DNA of 64,000 nt from Octopus bimaculoides (taxonomy: Eukaryota): assembly GCF_001194135.2 (NCBI RefSeq), contig NC_069003.1:246061-310060 (forward strand). Reading direction: 5' to 3'. Below, in pieces: positions 13,109 to 25,455 of this stretch (the stretch's first letter is position 1; each line of letters starts with the position of its first letter). The position numbers were made by a program, and so were the translations under genes. The notes beneath the pieces were generated by a model. It made no database searches, was not told where the DNA came from, and was given only the letters and a program-made list of their open reading frames with translations.

Positions 13109-13294
13109 CACACACACATATATATATATATCAATAATAATAAATATTAATAATAAGGATTATTACGAAGTAGCATTAGCATTTAATTCATTTTGATATA
13201 TAAATACAGCCTCAAAAAGACCTATTTTGAATACCTGTGAGCAAACAGGTAAACGTTTGGAGAAATCCCTTACTAATTACCAATATATATACAT

Positions 13295-13352
<58 letters not shown>

Positions 13353-15299
13353 AGCAAAAGAAATATAAAAATGTGATAATTACTTTGCTTAATTAAGCAT
13401 GAAACTGTGTTTACAGTAAAACCTATGAAGGATTTGTCATTCCAATTATGTTCACCAAACAAAAAAAGAAAGAATCAGATGAAGAAATGTCTAAGTTATG
13501 ATTAATTATGAACAATGCACTGCACAAAATATACGTACAATGTTTGGAATGTATAATATATATATGTCAATTATGAATCTGGTTCTATTACTACATGTGA
13601 ATTTTAATGTTTTATATGCAAAACTGATTTATTAACCATAGGAAGTAATGAAAGTGAACATATATTAAATAATATTTGAATATTCTTGCTATATGATATA
13701 CATATGTTTTCTGAAACTGTTTTATATATAACATGCCATAATAATATTTATGTAATTGAATATTTAAATAATATGTATAAGCAATGTATGTTGTGATGAT
13801 GCATTTATGAAAAACCAGTTTTAGCTTGTTTCTTTTAAAATGTCATCAATAATGACAGCACATGTATGTACAACCCTGCCCCCCACACACACAGACTTCA
13901 AACTCACACAAATATACATGCGCCTACATGCAAACATATATGTACACATATATTTATGCATGCATATGTATAAATACGCAATGAAATGTATACAGAAATT
14001 TATTAGTTAAGGCATGTATATATATATATGTGTGAATGCACGTATATCTTGCATGCATGCATATGCTCATGCATTTGTAATCATGCACATTTTTAATACA
14101 TACATGCCATTATTATTTTCATTATCATCAGCTTTAGAATTATTGTTATTATTGTTGTTACTATTGTTATTGTTGTGTATTACATACCTCGATACTGGTG
14201 GTAGATGTGACTGGTTTCATCCAACATACACTTGGCATTAGCTGGGTACAGCAACATATGCAAAGAAAGGCAGTGTGATGGTTATATTGTTTTGGATTGT
14301 TATGTGTAGAAATTGTGTGTGTGTGTGTGTGTATTATAGCATTAGAATGATTGGGTAAGGTGGTAGGCATCATCTTTGTTGTGCTTAGTTCACAGTAACT
14401 GTGATACCAAACTAATCAATTTCAATGTTTAATTATCGACTTCATTCAAAAAGTTCATTTTCTCTCCAGAAATCACAGAGAGGAGGCATACAGCTACAAG
14501 TTTCGAGCAGTATCTTAACAAGATCACAGAGGAATTGATAACCTATCTTCAATATTCAATTTAAAGTTGTATTTAACTTTAAATTCTATATCTTGTGGGG
14601 GAAAGTTTGTCAGAGTCTCAGTTCCGCTGAGGTGGATGGGTCTTCTCAATCACAGCATAATACCATTCATCTTGGTACCCCATTATTTCTGAGAGGCTCA
14701 AAATCTTGAGGTCAGTCTTTGTCACTTTGTCCCACGTCTTCCACATGTTTCCCCCATGTTTAGTGAATGGTACTCCTTTATACAGCTGTCCTCATCCATC
14801 CACATCACATGACCAGCACAATCTCTCTTCAGTCCACCACATCTGATGCTTCTTATGCCCAATCTTTCCCCATTGATATTGCACATCCATCTAAGCAAAC
14901 TAGTTTCATTTCTTTCAAGTATTCAAATGTCATTTACATTCACAATCCAAGTTTCACAGCCACATGGCTGTTTTTACACAAGCATCACACAATCTGCCTT
15001 TCTTTCATAAAAACACAGATTTACCTGTGTTTTATTATCCACCTCTACTGCCAATTAGGTTACCTAGATAACAGAAACTATCGACTATTTTTAAAATTTT
15101 AATCAGTTAAAATTATAAAGTGACTCAAAGGTCAAGAGTTTAGTGAAAAGAGTTTGATGAGGGTCATAGAGGAAACTTTCGGCCCTTGTGTCATTTTGTA
15201 ACTTCTGTAGGCTAAAATGAAAAAAGAAAATTTATAAACTTAAGTTTTGGGCACCATTTTTCCTGCTTGTATTAACAGAAACCTATATATCATACACAC

Positions 15300-15341
<42 letters not shown>

Positions 15342-16029
15342 GCACATACACACAAACAATTCAATCTATGCTATAAATGTTTGAACAGCATGCCAATTTA
15401 TTTGGACTTAATGAATTCCACTGGCATTTTCTGCAGTGAATTGTTTGTCGTCTTATCAGTCAGGTTCAAACCATAGAAAGACACACATCTTTTTCTTTTC
15501 TGTCTCAAAAATTTATGTATTTTTATTTATATAATGTCTTATCAAGTTTATTAGGTTGTAGAACAAATGAAGAGGTCTACGAGAGGAAAACATACGTTTA
15601 TTATCTTTAGTTTTGTTGCATACACACACACACACACACACACACACGTGATTATAGTTGTAATAATGAAGTCAAACGAAATGATGATATTTTGAAATAA
15701 TTACACACATACCTTTTAGGTGTGTGTAACAAATAATAGGAAATGCACCTGAAAGAGCTTTCTCAGTTAAAACATTTCAAAATAGAAGCCAGTCGATGGA
15801 AATATTGCACCCATGTATATATATAGTGCTGTCACTTCATTTTGAGCAATGCCATGGCTTGATTGTTCTCTTAAACATGAGCAGTACAGATATGACTTTT
15901 CAGTCCTGCTGGGGTGGGGGTGGGGGCCTATATTCTTTTGCATGGATGTGGTAATGGTCCAGAAGGAGTTCAGAGACATTATCACCTCTGCTGACACATG
16001 CATTCATTTCATCAGGGAATTTTAAATCG

Positions 16030-16420
16030 AAATATTTCGTCTCTTTTGGCCTGGCCAGCTGTATTCTGATGCAATGCAATATGGAGACGATAATAAGAGA
16101 GGCCAAAAATCAGGGGAGGCTTGAGCCTGAAAGTTTTTCTGAAGTGAGGAAAGGCCTTGTCCAGATCCAATTCCAACAATCTCCAAACAATGTTTGCCCA
16201 AAAGAAGAACAGCCGGGAGCCTTGGTCTTCTGTTATCCTCTCTGTGAGTCTCAATGTCCATAGATCCTTGCTCACCACCCTCATCCCACATCTTCCATAT
16301 GTTCCCTTTACATTTTGAGATCAGCACTTCATTCATGCACATTACATGGCCATACCAGTGCAGTCCTCTCTCTTGCATGCTGCATCTCTGAAGCCTCGTA
16401 TACCCAGTTTTCCTTTCAAG
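16030..16420 (-). mobile_element. RTE-like LINE 3' end fragment
   Basis: The ORF track shows MQERGLHWYGHVMCMNE, the conserved RTE C-terminal RLRWYGHV.RM motif. Confidence 0.65.
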
Positions 16421-16985
16421 TCACTTACACTCCGTTGTAAGTTGACCTCGGTGGAATTTGAACTCAGAATGTAAAAACAGATGAAATACCACTAAGCATT
16501 TTGCCCAGAGTGCTAATGTTTCTGCCAACGCACCACCTTCAAGGTAGTCATCTGAGTATTGAAAAAGATTTACCTGTAGCATGATTATTCATGCTACAGG
16601 TATCAAGATGTTGACATCATGCTTGCTGTTCATTGTTCTGTGACTTCTGCAGAGACTGTAAGATGTAACATGGACAACTGCAATAGAGACTACAATGCTG
16701 TGGCCAATATATGCATACATATATAGACATACATACACATACATGTATATATATATACACATATATACATTTATATGCATACATATTTATACATACATAG
16801 ACATATCTCTATATACACAGACATACATACATATATTTATACACACACATGTAGACAAATACATTTCTACACACACATACACAAATATATATAACTGTTT
16901 ATAACAGACATGTATATGTACGTATATATATTTATTGATATGTAGCAGAAGCATCAGAATGACTCCAGGACTAAGAGTTTCATGG

Positions 16986-17016
<31 letters not shown>

Positions 17017-17749
17017 TAAGCCAGAACTGAAGGAATCTTGTGGTGGTCTATATCACCTTGAGTTGTATTTGGCAGGAGAATTAATTGGAAGGTTATATTG
17101 AAGTTGCCATGAGGTGTGGAGTATCCATCTTTTTGGACTGAGTTCATTTTCAGGGTAATGAAGTCAGATGGGAGAGATATGGATGGTGGCAGTGTTTCTT
17201 GGAATAACTTGGCTGCAACTGATGGGGGAGCCTAAGACAGTATGTAGATAGGAAGTATTAGAAGAGAGAAACTGCTTGAGAGAGGGAGAAAAATAAAAAA
17301 AAAAGAAATCAAAAGAGGAAGAGAAGGAACTGAGTTTTGAGGCAGAAAGTAAAATTGAGGTTAGAAGGGAGTTGGAAAATGGGATTACTTGAACTAAGGG
17401 ATATAAATGAGATCCATGAGGTTCATTTACATCCAGGTCACTAATAGGTTTAAATGGAACTTTTTTTCTTTCTACTCCTACTCATCCTCTTGGTACAATG
17501 ACTTGTCTTTTGGATCCTTCATCTCTTCTCTCACCTCAGTTATTTCCCCCCCCCCATCTCACCTATTGAAGTTTTTAACAATAATTATTTGATAACATTG
17601 TAGGTAGTAATGATACCTGGCTTTTGTATGTATGTATGTATGTGTGTGTGTGTGTGCGTGCGTGCATATTTGTGTGTGTGTGTGTGTGTGTGCATTTGCT
17701 TATTTTTCCATTGTTTTGTTTAATCGTATAAGAGATGTTGTTGTCTTAC

Positions 17750-17860
17750 CACTTCTCCCATCTTGTTTTTGGCATATTCGATCCGTATTCCTCCCCTGTC
17801 TGATGACAACAGTACAAAACCATGTAGCCTATTCATCGCTTCAGTTGCTTGTCTCACATC
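17750..17860 (-). CDS. cpo: cpo exon (RRM2 C-terminal part); absent from the ORF track
   Basis: Acceptor ttgtttttctAG and donor GTG|GTAAG. 111 bp encoding DVRQATEAMNRLHGFVLLSSDRGGIRIEYAKNKMGEV, the typical RRM end (GIRIEYAK). Confidence 0.93.
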
Positions 17861-18128
17861 CTAGAAAAACAAGAAAGAGAAGAAAACATTACTTGAATGC
17901 AATTTAGAAGGAAAATGGTTGAAAAAACAATAGTGAAAAATAACTACACAAGGAGCAAAGCTCAGAGTGACGGGTAATCAATTGACTCTGAAATGTAAAA
18001 TCTATTCACATCTATTTAAAAATTTCTTGCTCTGATAGTACAGGAGTGAAAGGAACTTATATAGCATGCCATTTACAATCCTGCAATCATTCAGGAACCT
18101 GAAAGATTGTATGATAGTACACAGCATG

Positions 18129-18168
<40 letters not shown>

Positions 18169-18848
18169 NNNNNNNNNNNNNNNNNNNNNNNNNNNNNNNN
18201 NNNNNNNNNNNNNNNNNNNNNNNNNNNNNNNNNNNNNNNNNNNNNNNNNNNNNNNNNNNNNNNNNNNNNNNNNNNNNNNNNNNNNNNNNNNNNNNNNNNN
18301 NNNNNNNNNNNNNNNNNNNNNNNNNNNNNNNNNNNNNNNNNNNNNNNNNNNNNNNNNNNNNNNNNNNNNNNNNNNNNNNNNNNNNNNNNNNNNNNNNNNN
18401 NNNNNNNNNNNNNNNNNNNNNNNNNNTATATATAGTTGTAAGTACATACATGTATGTACACACACACACACACAAAACCATCACTAAATTTGTATCTCTT
18501 GAGATAACATAGTACGTGACAACCAGCAATCTACGTACTTGAATAGTGATAGATTGAAAAAGAAAGTGATTTAATATCTGCCTATTTATTTGTTTAATTA
18601 ACAAATGGTTTTGCCCAAATATTGACCAAAATACATATCTTGACGCAATGTCTACAACGACTTGCCTTGTGTTTATTTTTCGGAAGATTGAACTTTACCT
18701 GGCGGTATTTGAAAGGAAGACATAAATCTTAATCAATAGCTAATTAAAGGGAAACACCTCTAAAATCTATTACAGCGTGGAAGGTGTTTATAAGTCATTT
18801 AAAATAACACACAAAAACCGTTAGATTCACTTCAACATTTAAATTTAA

Positions 18849-18899
18849 TTTGTCAAAATATTTTCGTCGCTTTGGAACCACGACCCGTTCACTGACAAA
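18849..18899 (-). ncRNA. Hammerhead-like motif with G3-C8 variant core (left arm of palindrome)
   Basis: UUUGUCA-GUGAACG-G-GUCGU-GGUUCCAAA-GCGAC-GAAA-AUAU-UU-UGACAAA. Perfect 7 bp stem I; A9 is replaced by G. Confidence 0.5.
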
Positions 18900-18920
18900 A
18901 TTCTGTGCTGTATCACGGAA

Positions 18921-18971
18921 TTTTGTCAGTGAACAGGTCGTGGTTCAAAGCGACGAAAATATTTTGGGAAA
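18921..18971 (+). ncRNA. Hammerhead-like motif with G3-C8 variant core (right arm of palindrome)
   Basis: UUUGUCA-GUGAACA-G-GUCGU-GGUUCAAA-GCGAC-GAAA-AUAU-UU-UGGGAAA. Stem II has 5 bp and stem III is the palindrome AAUAUU; the 3' strand of stem I carries two substitutions. Confidence 0.5.
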
Positions 18972-19687
18972 TTAAATTTAAATGTTGAAGTGAATCTAAC
19001 GGTTTTTGTGTGTTATTTTAAATAGCTTATAAATGCCTTCGAAGCTGCAATTGTTTTCGTTTTAGCACACGATCTCATCTCAGATCAGGTCACTTGCTAT
19101 GCATGTACAACTCTGTAACTCTAAAATCGTTGAAGGGAAAGAATTGAACAGACTTGAAGTAACTATAATTAAAACTTGACATAATTTATAAACAATCAGT
19201 TCTTAAACATCATGGGGATCAAGGCGGTCATATCAGACACAGCAGCAAACTCTTAATGCCTTTCCAGGAGGTGCTATAGACTAGAATTGTGTCCTCACGT
19301 TTTCCTTCTTTAACATTTTCATAATGATGCTCGTACGGGTCGCAAACGTTGCTAAGGAACCGCGTCTCTGCTTCCGATACAACATTGGCAGCAGCTTCTT
19401 TAACAGTTTTACATTTGGACACTGGAATACCTCATCTGCGAACAAGTCTATGTTGTCGGCGATGCGTTGTTGTGTGTGTGCGTGTGTGTGTGAATTTGTG
19501 CGACGTGGTTGCAGGTGTGGCTGTGAAGTAAGACGTTTGTTTGCGAACAACTTAGTACGAAGTTCAGCTCTGTTCAGTGGCACTTTGGATAAGTGTCTTC
19601 TACTCTAGCACCTGGTCGCTAAAGCCTTGCGATTGGATTTGGCAAATGAAAACTGACAAAAAAAAAATAAAAGGGCTCGTCGCGTGT

Positions 19688-19730
<43 letters not shown>

Positions 19731-21415
19731 GCAAGCAAACATCTTACAAAACCGTCACGCTTGCAACCATGCTACATATACACATGTATGTATGTTTGTA
19801 TGTTTGTGTNNNNNNNNNNNNNNNNNNNNNNNNNNNNNNNNNNNNNNNNNNNNNNNNNNNNNNNNNNNNNNNNNNNNNNNNNNNNNNNNNNNNNNNNNNN
19901 NNNNNNNNNNNNNNNNNNNNNNNNNNNNNNNNNNNNNNNNNNNNNNNNNNNNNNNNNNNNNNNNNNNNNNNNNNNNNNNNNNNNNNNNNNNNNNNNNNNN
20001 NNNNNNNNNNNNNNNNNNNNNNNNNNNNNNNNNNNNNNNNNNNNNNNNNNNNNNNNNNNNNNNNNNNNNNNNNNNNNNNNNNNNNNNNNNNNNNNNNNNN
20101 NNNNNNNNNNNNNNNNNNNNNNNNNNNNNNNNNNNNNNNNNNNNNNNNNNNNNNNNNNNNNNNNNNNNNNNNNNNNNNNNNNNNNNNNNNNNNNNNNNNN
20201 NNNNNNNNNNNNNNNNNNNNNNNNNNNNNNNNNNNNNNNNNNNNNNNNNNNNNNNNNNNNNNNNNNNNNNNNNNNNNNNNNNNNNNNNNNNNNNNNNNNN
20301 NNNNNNNNNNNNNNNNNNNNNNNNNNNNNNNNNNNNNNNNNNNNNNNNNNNNNNNNNNNNNNNNNNNNNNNNNNNNNNNNNNNNNNNNNNNNNNNNNNNN
20401 NNNNNNNNNNNNNNNNNNNNNNNNNNNNNNNNNNNNNNNNNNNNNNNNNNNNNNNNNNNNNNNNNNNNNNNNNNNNNNNNNNNNNNNNNNNNNNNNNNNT
20501 ATATATATATATTTCTATATCGACCACCAGCCATTAGGGTGTGAAGAAACGCTGTAGAGCCAACCGCTTTATGGATGTGAAACGCTGGGTAACCTCATAG
20601 ATCGGCCATAACTATCTTTCATTACTCTTCTGCACTATAACTTAGAGTGTGCTTCGCTTTCGGATTTATGATTTACTGACCATATATATACATATATATA
20701 TATATACACGACGAGGTTCTTTCAGTTTCCGTCAACCAAATCCATTCACAAGGCTTTGGGCGGCCCGAAGCTATAATAGAAAACACTTGCCCAAGGTGTC
20801 ACGCTGTGGGATTGAAGGCGGAATCATGCGGTTCAGAAGCGAGCTTCTTAGCACTCAGCCACGCCTGTAGAATTATCATTATTGGTTCAGAAGTATATTA
20901 CAATATATAAATTTTGAATCACCAAAATATTCTGTGCAGGACCAGAATTCTCAGACAATCGCTATTTCTCTGCATAAGCTTATCCCAATCCATCGGATTA
21001 TTGCACGCACACAATTTGAAGAAAGGGAGCGGAAAAAAACCCTCCGAAATATTAAAAAAGTTAAAGGGAGATAACTATCTCCCGAAAATAATCACAAGCA
21101 GAGCTGGACAAGGGAGATAATTCCCACTCATAATCTGGTGGCTGTACTTTTCGTACCTAAACCTCAATCACATATATATGACTGTGCGTATGTGTGTGTG
21201 TATAATGTTCATCCGTCGTTGTCGACGATGACCAAAGTTTGTGTGTGTGTGTGGATACATGTATGTATATATGTTTCTACATCCAACATCAAAAACAAAA
21301 CATAGAATAGTAGCAGAAAAAAAATGTAAACTGGAAACACAGAAACAACAACCACAACAACAGAAATAAATCGAAGAGATGAAATCAATTGACAAGATGA
21401 GTTACTAATTCCTAC

Positions 21416-21485
21416 CTGGAATTCAACAAAAGCTACAGGAGAACCTCCTTTGTTATGCATCCGTAATCGACAGAACCCAGGGAAG
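21416..21485 (-). CDS. cpo: cpo exon (RRM2, RNP1 region)
   Basis: Acceptor aatttcAG and donor CCAG|GTAGG. AG+C gives Ser, then FPGFCRLRMHNKGGSPVAFVEFQ. 70 bp, phase 2/0, in frame with 58953-59158. Confidence 0.92.
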
Positions 21486-23214
21486 CTGAAATTGATACAC
21501 AAAACTTTAAAAAACGGGATGCAAAAGATGTAGAAGACATATATTTGTTAATATCACATGCATTAAAAAGAAAATAATAACAATAACAATAATAATAATA
21601 ATAATAACTGGTACAACAAGTATAACAGTTATAAATATTGAGATATCTATAAATGGTGTAGTTTTATCATAAAAAAGTTTATTAATAGACAATGGTATAT
21701 TATTCTGGTGGTGTACATGTGCAGACACACACACACACACACACACACACACGTACAGACACATATATATAAATATATATGTTTATGAATTTGTTCTGCA
21801 AATTTGTTCTGATGTGAAACTGTGTTGAAACAGATATTGTTATATTTCGGGATGGTCGTTTTTGTTTTTAACTTTTTTGCCAAATCTGCATTTAATCTAT
21901 ATTTGTTCTCCAGTCGTTTACTAACCTTCTTATTTTATCTTATGTTCATTGTCTGGAAACAACAGCAACAACAACAAGAACAACAACACGAACAACAACC
22001 GCAATGGCAACAGCAACACGAACGAACACAGAAACACAGAAAGACACAGGAGTAATATCAGAATCTTTTGACATTGGTCTTGTTCTTGTGTCCGTCTGTC
22101 TGTCTAAGCCATGCCAGCATGGAAAAAGGAAGTTAAATGGTAAGGATGATGATGATGAGCATACTTACGCACACACACACATGTATATATCATATATATA
22201 TATATATAAACACATACACAGAGACAGGAAGGTTAAAAAATACACACACACATACATAAATTGTCACTTATCCAAACAAGTAGTCGTATAGAAAAATGAA
22301 ATGAAGTTGAAAATGCAGAGGAAATAAATGAAAATTTATTTAAATTTCAGAATACATTTACATATAAATCCTTTGACATTCACTCATTTCAAAACGTGTT
22401 GTGTGTCGTTGGGATGTAAACTGTATCTTTTCTGGCAGAATGGGACTCAGGTCACTCTCAGCCAGGGCACAAATTGATTGGCTGGAAATGGTCACATGGT
22501 GAGGTCAGGGGGTTTTGGGTTAGTCCCCTGCTATGTCTGAGTGTCAAAGTCATGTGACAGTCACACAAGACAGTTACATCAAAGTTCCACATAAGACATT
22601 CTTTAAAATCAACAAATGTAAAACTGGTTAAGTGTGTGTGTGTGTACAGTTTAAAATCTAAAATTTCTTATACACACATACACACGCGCGTGCATGCATG
22701 AGTGTATGTTCATGTAGGTGAGGATGTATATCTTGTACATGTACATGAATGAATGTATGTGTGTGTGTGTGTGTGTGAGTGTGAGTGCATAAGTAACAAA
22801 AATAGAAAAGACACAAATAATTGAAGAGTTTGTGCAATACATATTAAATGGAAGAAACAATATAAAGAGAGAGAGAGAGAGAGAATGAGAAAGAGAGAGT
22901 GAGAAAGAGAGCAAAGAAAATAATTGCAAATGACAACAAAAATTTCAAAGAATTGTTTAAAATTTTGAAGCAAACTTATTTCTATTTTCAATAATGAAAA
23001 AATTATTATTATCAAAAAAAAAAAAAAAAAGAAAAAAGAAAAGAAAAAACGCCGAATGTGAATATTGATATCGATTGTTAATTGATATGGATTTGCAGTG
23101 TGATTGATTAATATTCTAAATTTTCAGTTTCACAGAAAAATTAAGTTTACTGAGGGAAATAGAAACACAAGCATTTGTATGAACTAATAAAAAAATGTAT
23201 ATATGAATATACAT

Positions 23215-23248
<34 letters not shown>

Positions 23249-24029
23249 TACTGTTATGCCAGTATATAAATGTATATGTGTGTGCGTGTCCAACCTGTTA
23301 CTGACCACTACTACAGGTCATTCTGTCACTCACTCATCAGTGTGTGGAATCACCACATTCAATGCATCCACATTGTCAAGGAAAAGGAAATAGCAATGTT
23401 TCATATTTGAACTTGGTGCCATATCACAGACAGGTTGAAATGAATGGTTTGCCTTCTATTCTTGTACAGGTTCTTAGTTCATTAAACCCTTTCTTATCCT
23501 TCAACTCCCCTTTCACCTTACCTTTTCCCTTCAACTCACTCTCAACTTCTCATCCCTCTTCCTTCTCACACTGTTTTTCCTGTCTCATCTTCACATATGA
23601 ACTTCATTAAGTCCGGCATTTCTTGTCACTTGCAGCCATTTAAAAAAAATCTCATCTCCCATTAATTTTTCTACCTTCAACTCTTCCTGAGGAGGCTCTG
23701 TCCAAAATGTTGGGGGCAGGTTCACCTTACTCTTTTTATCGATTTTACTAAATAATATAGGTCTTGCCAACATAGATCAACACCAACCACTTTGGGAAAT
23801 CATGGATCTCCTCTACAGCAGGACACCTGTTTCTGCCTCATTCTCAATCACTCTCTCTCTCTCTCTCCTCCCTCTCACTGGCTGGGTAACCATGGGCCTC
23901 CTCTATAGCAAAATACCTGTTTCTGCCTCTCTGTCTCTTTGTCACACTCTAACCTTTCACAACCTGGCACAAAGTCACCTCCTCCAATGCCACTCTCTCC
24001 CCTCTCAAAACCCCTTCGCTTGCAAGTTA

Positions 24030-24330
24030 CTTGGTGACCCTGCCAGTGCTGGTGCCACATAAAATGCATTAAATCCACACTGTGAAGTGGGGGGCATTTG
24101 AAAGGGCATCCAACTGTAAAAAGCATGCCAATGCTAACCTCACTTGTGCTGGTGCCACTAAAAAAGCACTCAGTCCACTCTGTGAAGTGGTTGATTTTAG
24201 GAAGGGCATCCAGCCATAAACCCTGCCAAAACAGGAGCAGACATCTGCTGCAGTCTTCTGCCTGGGCAGCTCCTGTCAAACCATCCAACCCATGCCAGCA
24301 TGGAAGGAGAACGTTAAACAATGGTGATGG
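24030..24330 (+). mobile_element. SINE-like repeat, family A copy
   Basis: Contains aggaagggcatccagccataaa...ccaacccatgccagcatggaaggagaacgttaaac followed by (GAT)n. Confidence 0.8.
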
Positions 24331-24375
<45 letters not shown>

Positions 24376-24977
24376 CGATTATATANNNNNNNNNNNNNNN
24401 NNNNNNNNNNNNNNNNNNNNNNNNNNNNNNNNNNNNNNNNNNNNNNNNNNNNNNNNNNNNNNNNNNNNNNNNNNNNNNNNNNNNNNNNNNNNNNNNNNNN
24501 NNNNNNNNNNNNNNNNNNNNNNNNNNNNNNNNNNNNNNNNNNNNNNNNNNNNNNNNNNNNNNNNNNNNNNNNNNNNNNNNNNNNNNNNNNNNNNNNNNNN
24601 NNNNNNNNNNNNNNNNNNNNNNNNNNNNNNNNNNNNNNNNNNNNNNNNNNNNNNNNNNNNNNNNNNNNNNNNNNNNNNNNNNNNNNNNNNNNNNNNNNNN
24701 NNNNNNNNNNNNNNNNNNNNNNNNNNNNNNNNNNNNNNNNNNNNNNNNNNNNNNNNNNNNNNNNNNNNNNNNNNNNNNNNNNNNNNNNNNNNNNNNNNNN
24801 NNNNNNNNNNNNNNNNNNNNNNNNNNNNNNNNNNNNNNNNNNNNNNNNNNNNNNNNNNNNNNNNNNNNNNNNNNNNNNNNNNNNNNNNNNNNNNNNNNNN
24901 NNNNNNNNNNNNNNNNNNNNNNNNNNNNNNNNNNNNNNNNNNNNNNNNNNNNNNNNNNNNNNNNNNNNNNNNNNNNN

Positions 24978-25014
<37 letters not shown>

Positions 25015-25234
25015 CACAGAGTTCATAAGACATGTAACAATTTAAGAACTGAAAACACATACAAACATGTAGCATATCTACACATAAAAAAAAGGCTGTA
25101 TAACATAGATATAAATACATGATGTAAAGAAACATTAAAACGTAATTTTGTAGCAATTTAGGATGTTTGCACTAACAGCAGCCATAAACATTACACATGC
25201 TGAAACAAAGACATTTAATACACAAATACTCCCA

Positions 25235-25282
<48 letters not shown>

Positions 25283-25412
25283 CAGACACCCACACATTAT
25301 ACTTGTTTTTTCTTGTTATACATATACACATATNNNNNNNNNNNNNNNNNNNNNNNNNNNNNNNNNNNNNNNNNNNNNNNNNNNNNNNNNNNNNNNNNNN
25401 NNNNNNNNNNNN

Positions 25413-25455
<43 letters not shown>

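Larger units (their letters stand above)
18770..19050. repeat. Long imperfect palindrome (about 140 bp arms, 6 nt loop)
   Basis: 18770-18907 is the near reverse complement of 18914-19050, e.g. aaaataacacacaaaaaccgttagattcacttcaacatttaaatttaatt and its complement. Confidence 0.95.

Noticed and set aside
14480-14560. Minus-strand TTGAAGA...GCTCGAAACTTGTA hammerhead-like string
   Set aside because: Core is altered and neither stem I nor stem II forms convincingly.
16945-16985. Minus-strand GAAACTCTTAGTC...CTGATGC (type II-like order)
   Set aside because: Stem I does not pair, A9 is missing and there is no stem II.
19230-19620. CpG-rich block with several overlapping ORFs
   Set aside because: No recognisable protein. 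One end is a SINE family C tail and the remainder is probably a decayed repeat; I could not classify it.
19577-20557. Long ORFs of 200-346 aa in the track (also near 24098, 29378, 41117, 45645, 52635, 54316, 56076)
   Set aside because: They are open only because they run through N gaps.
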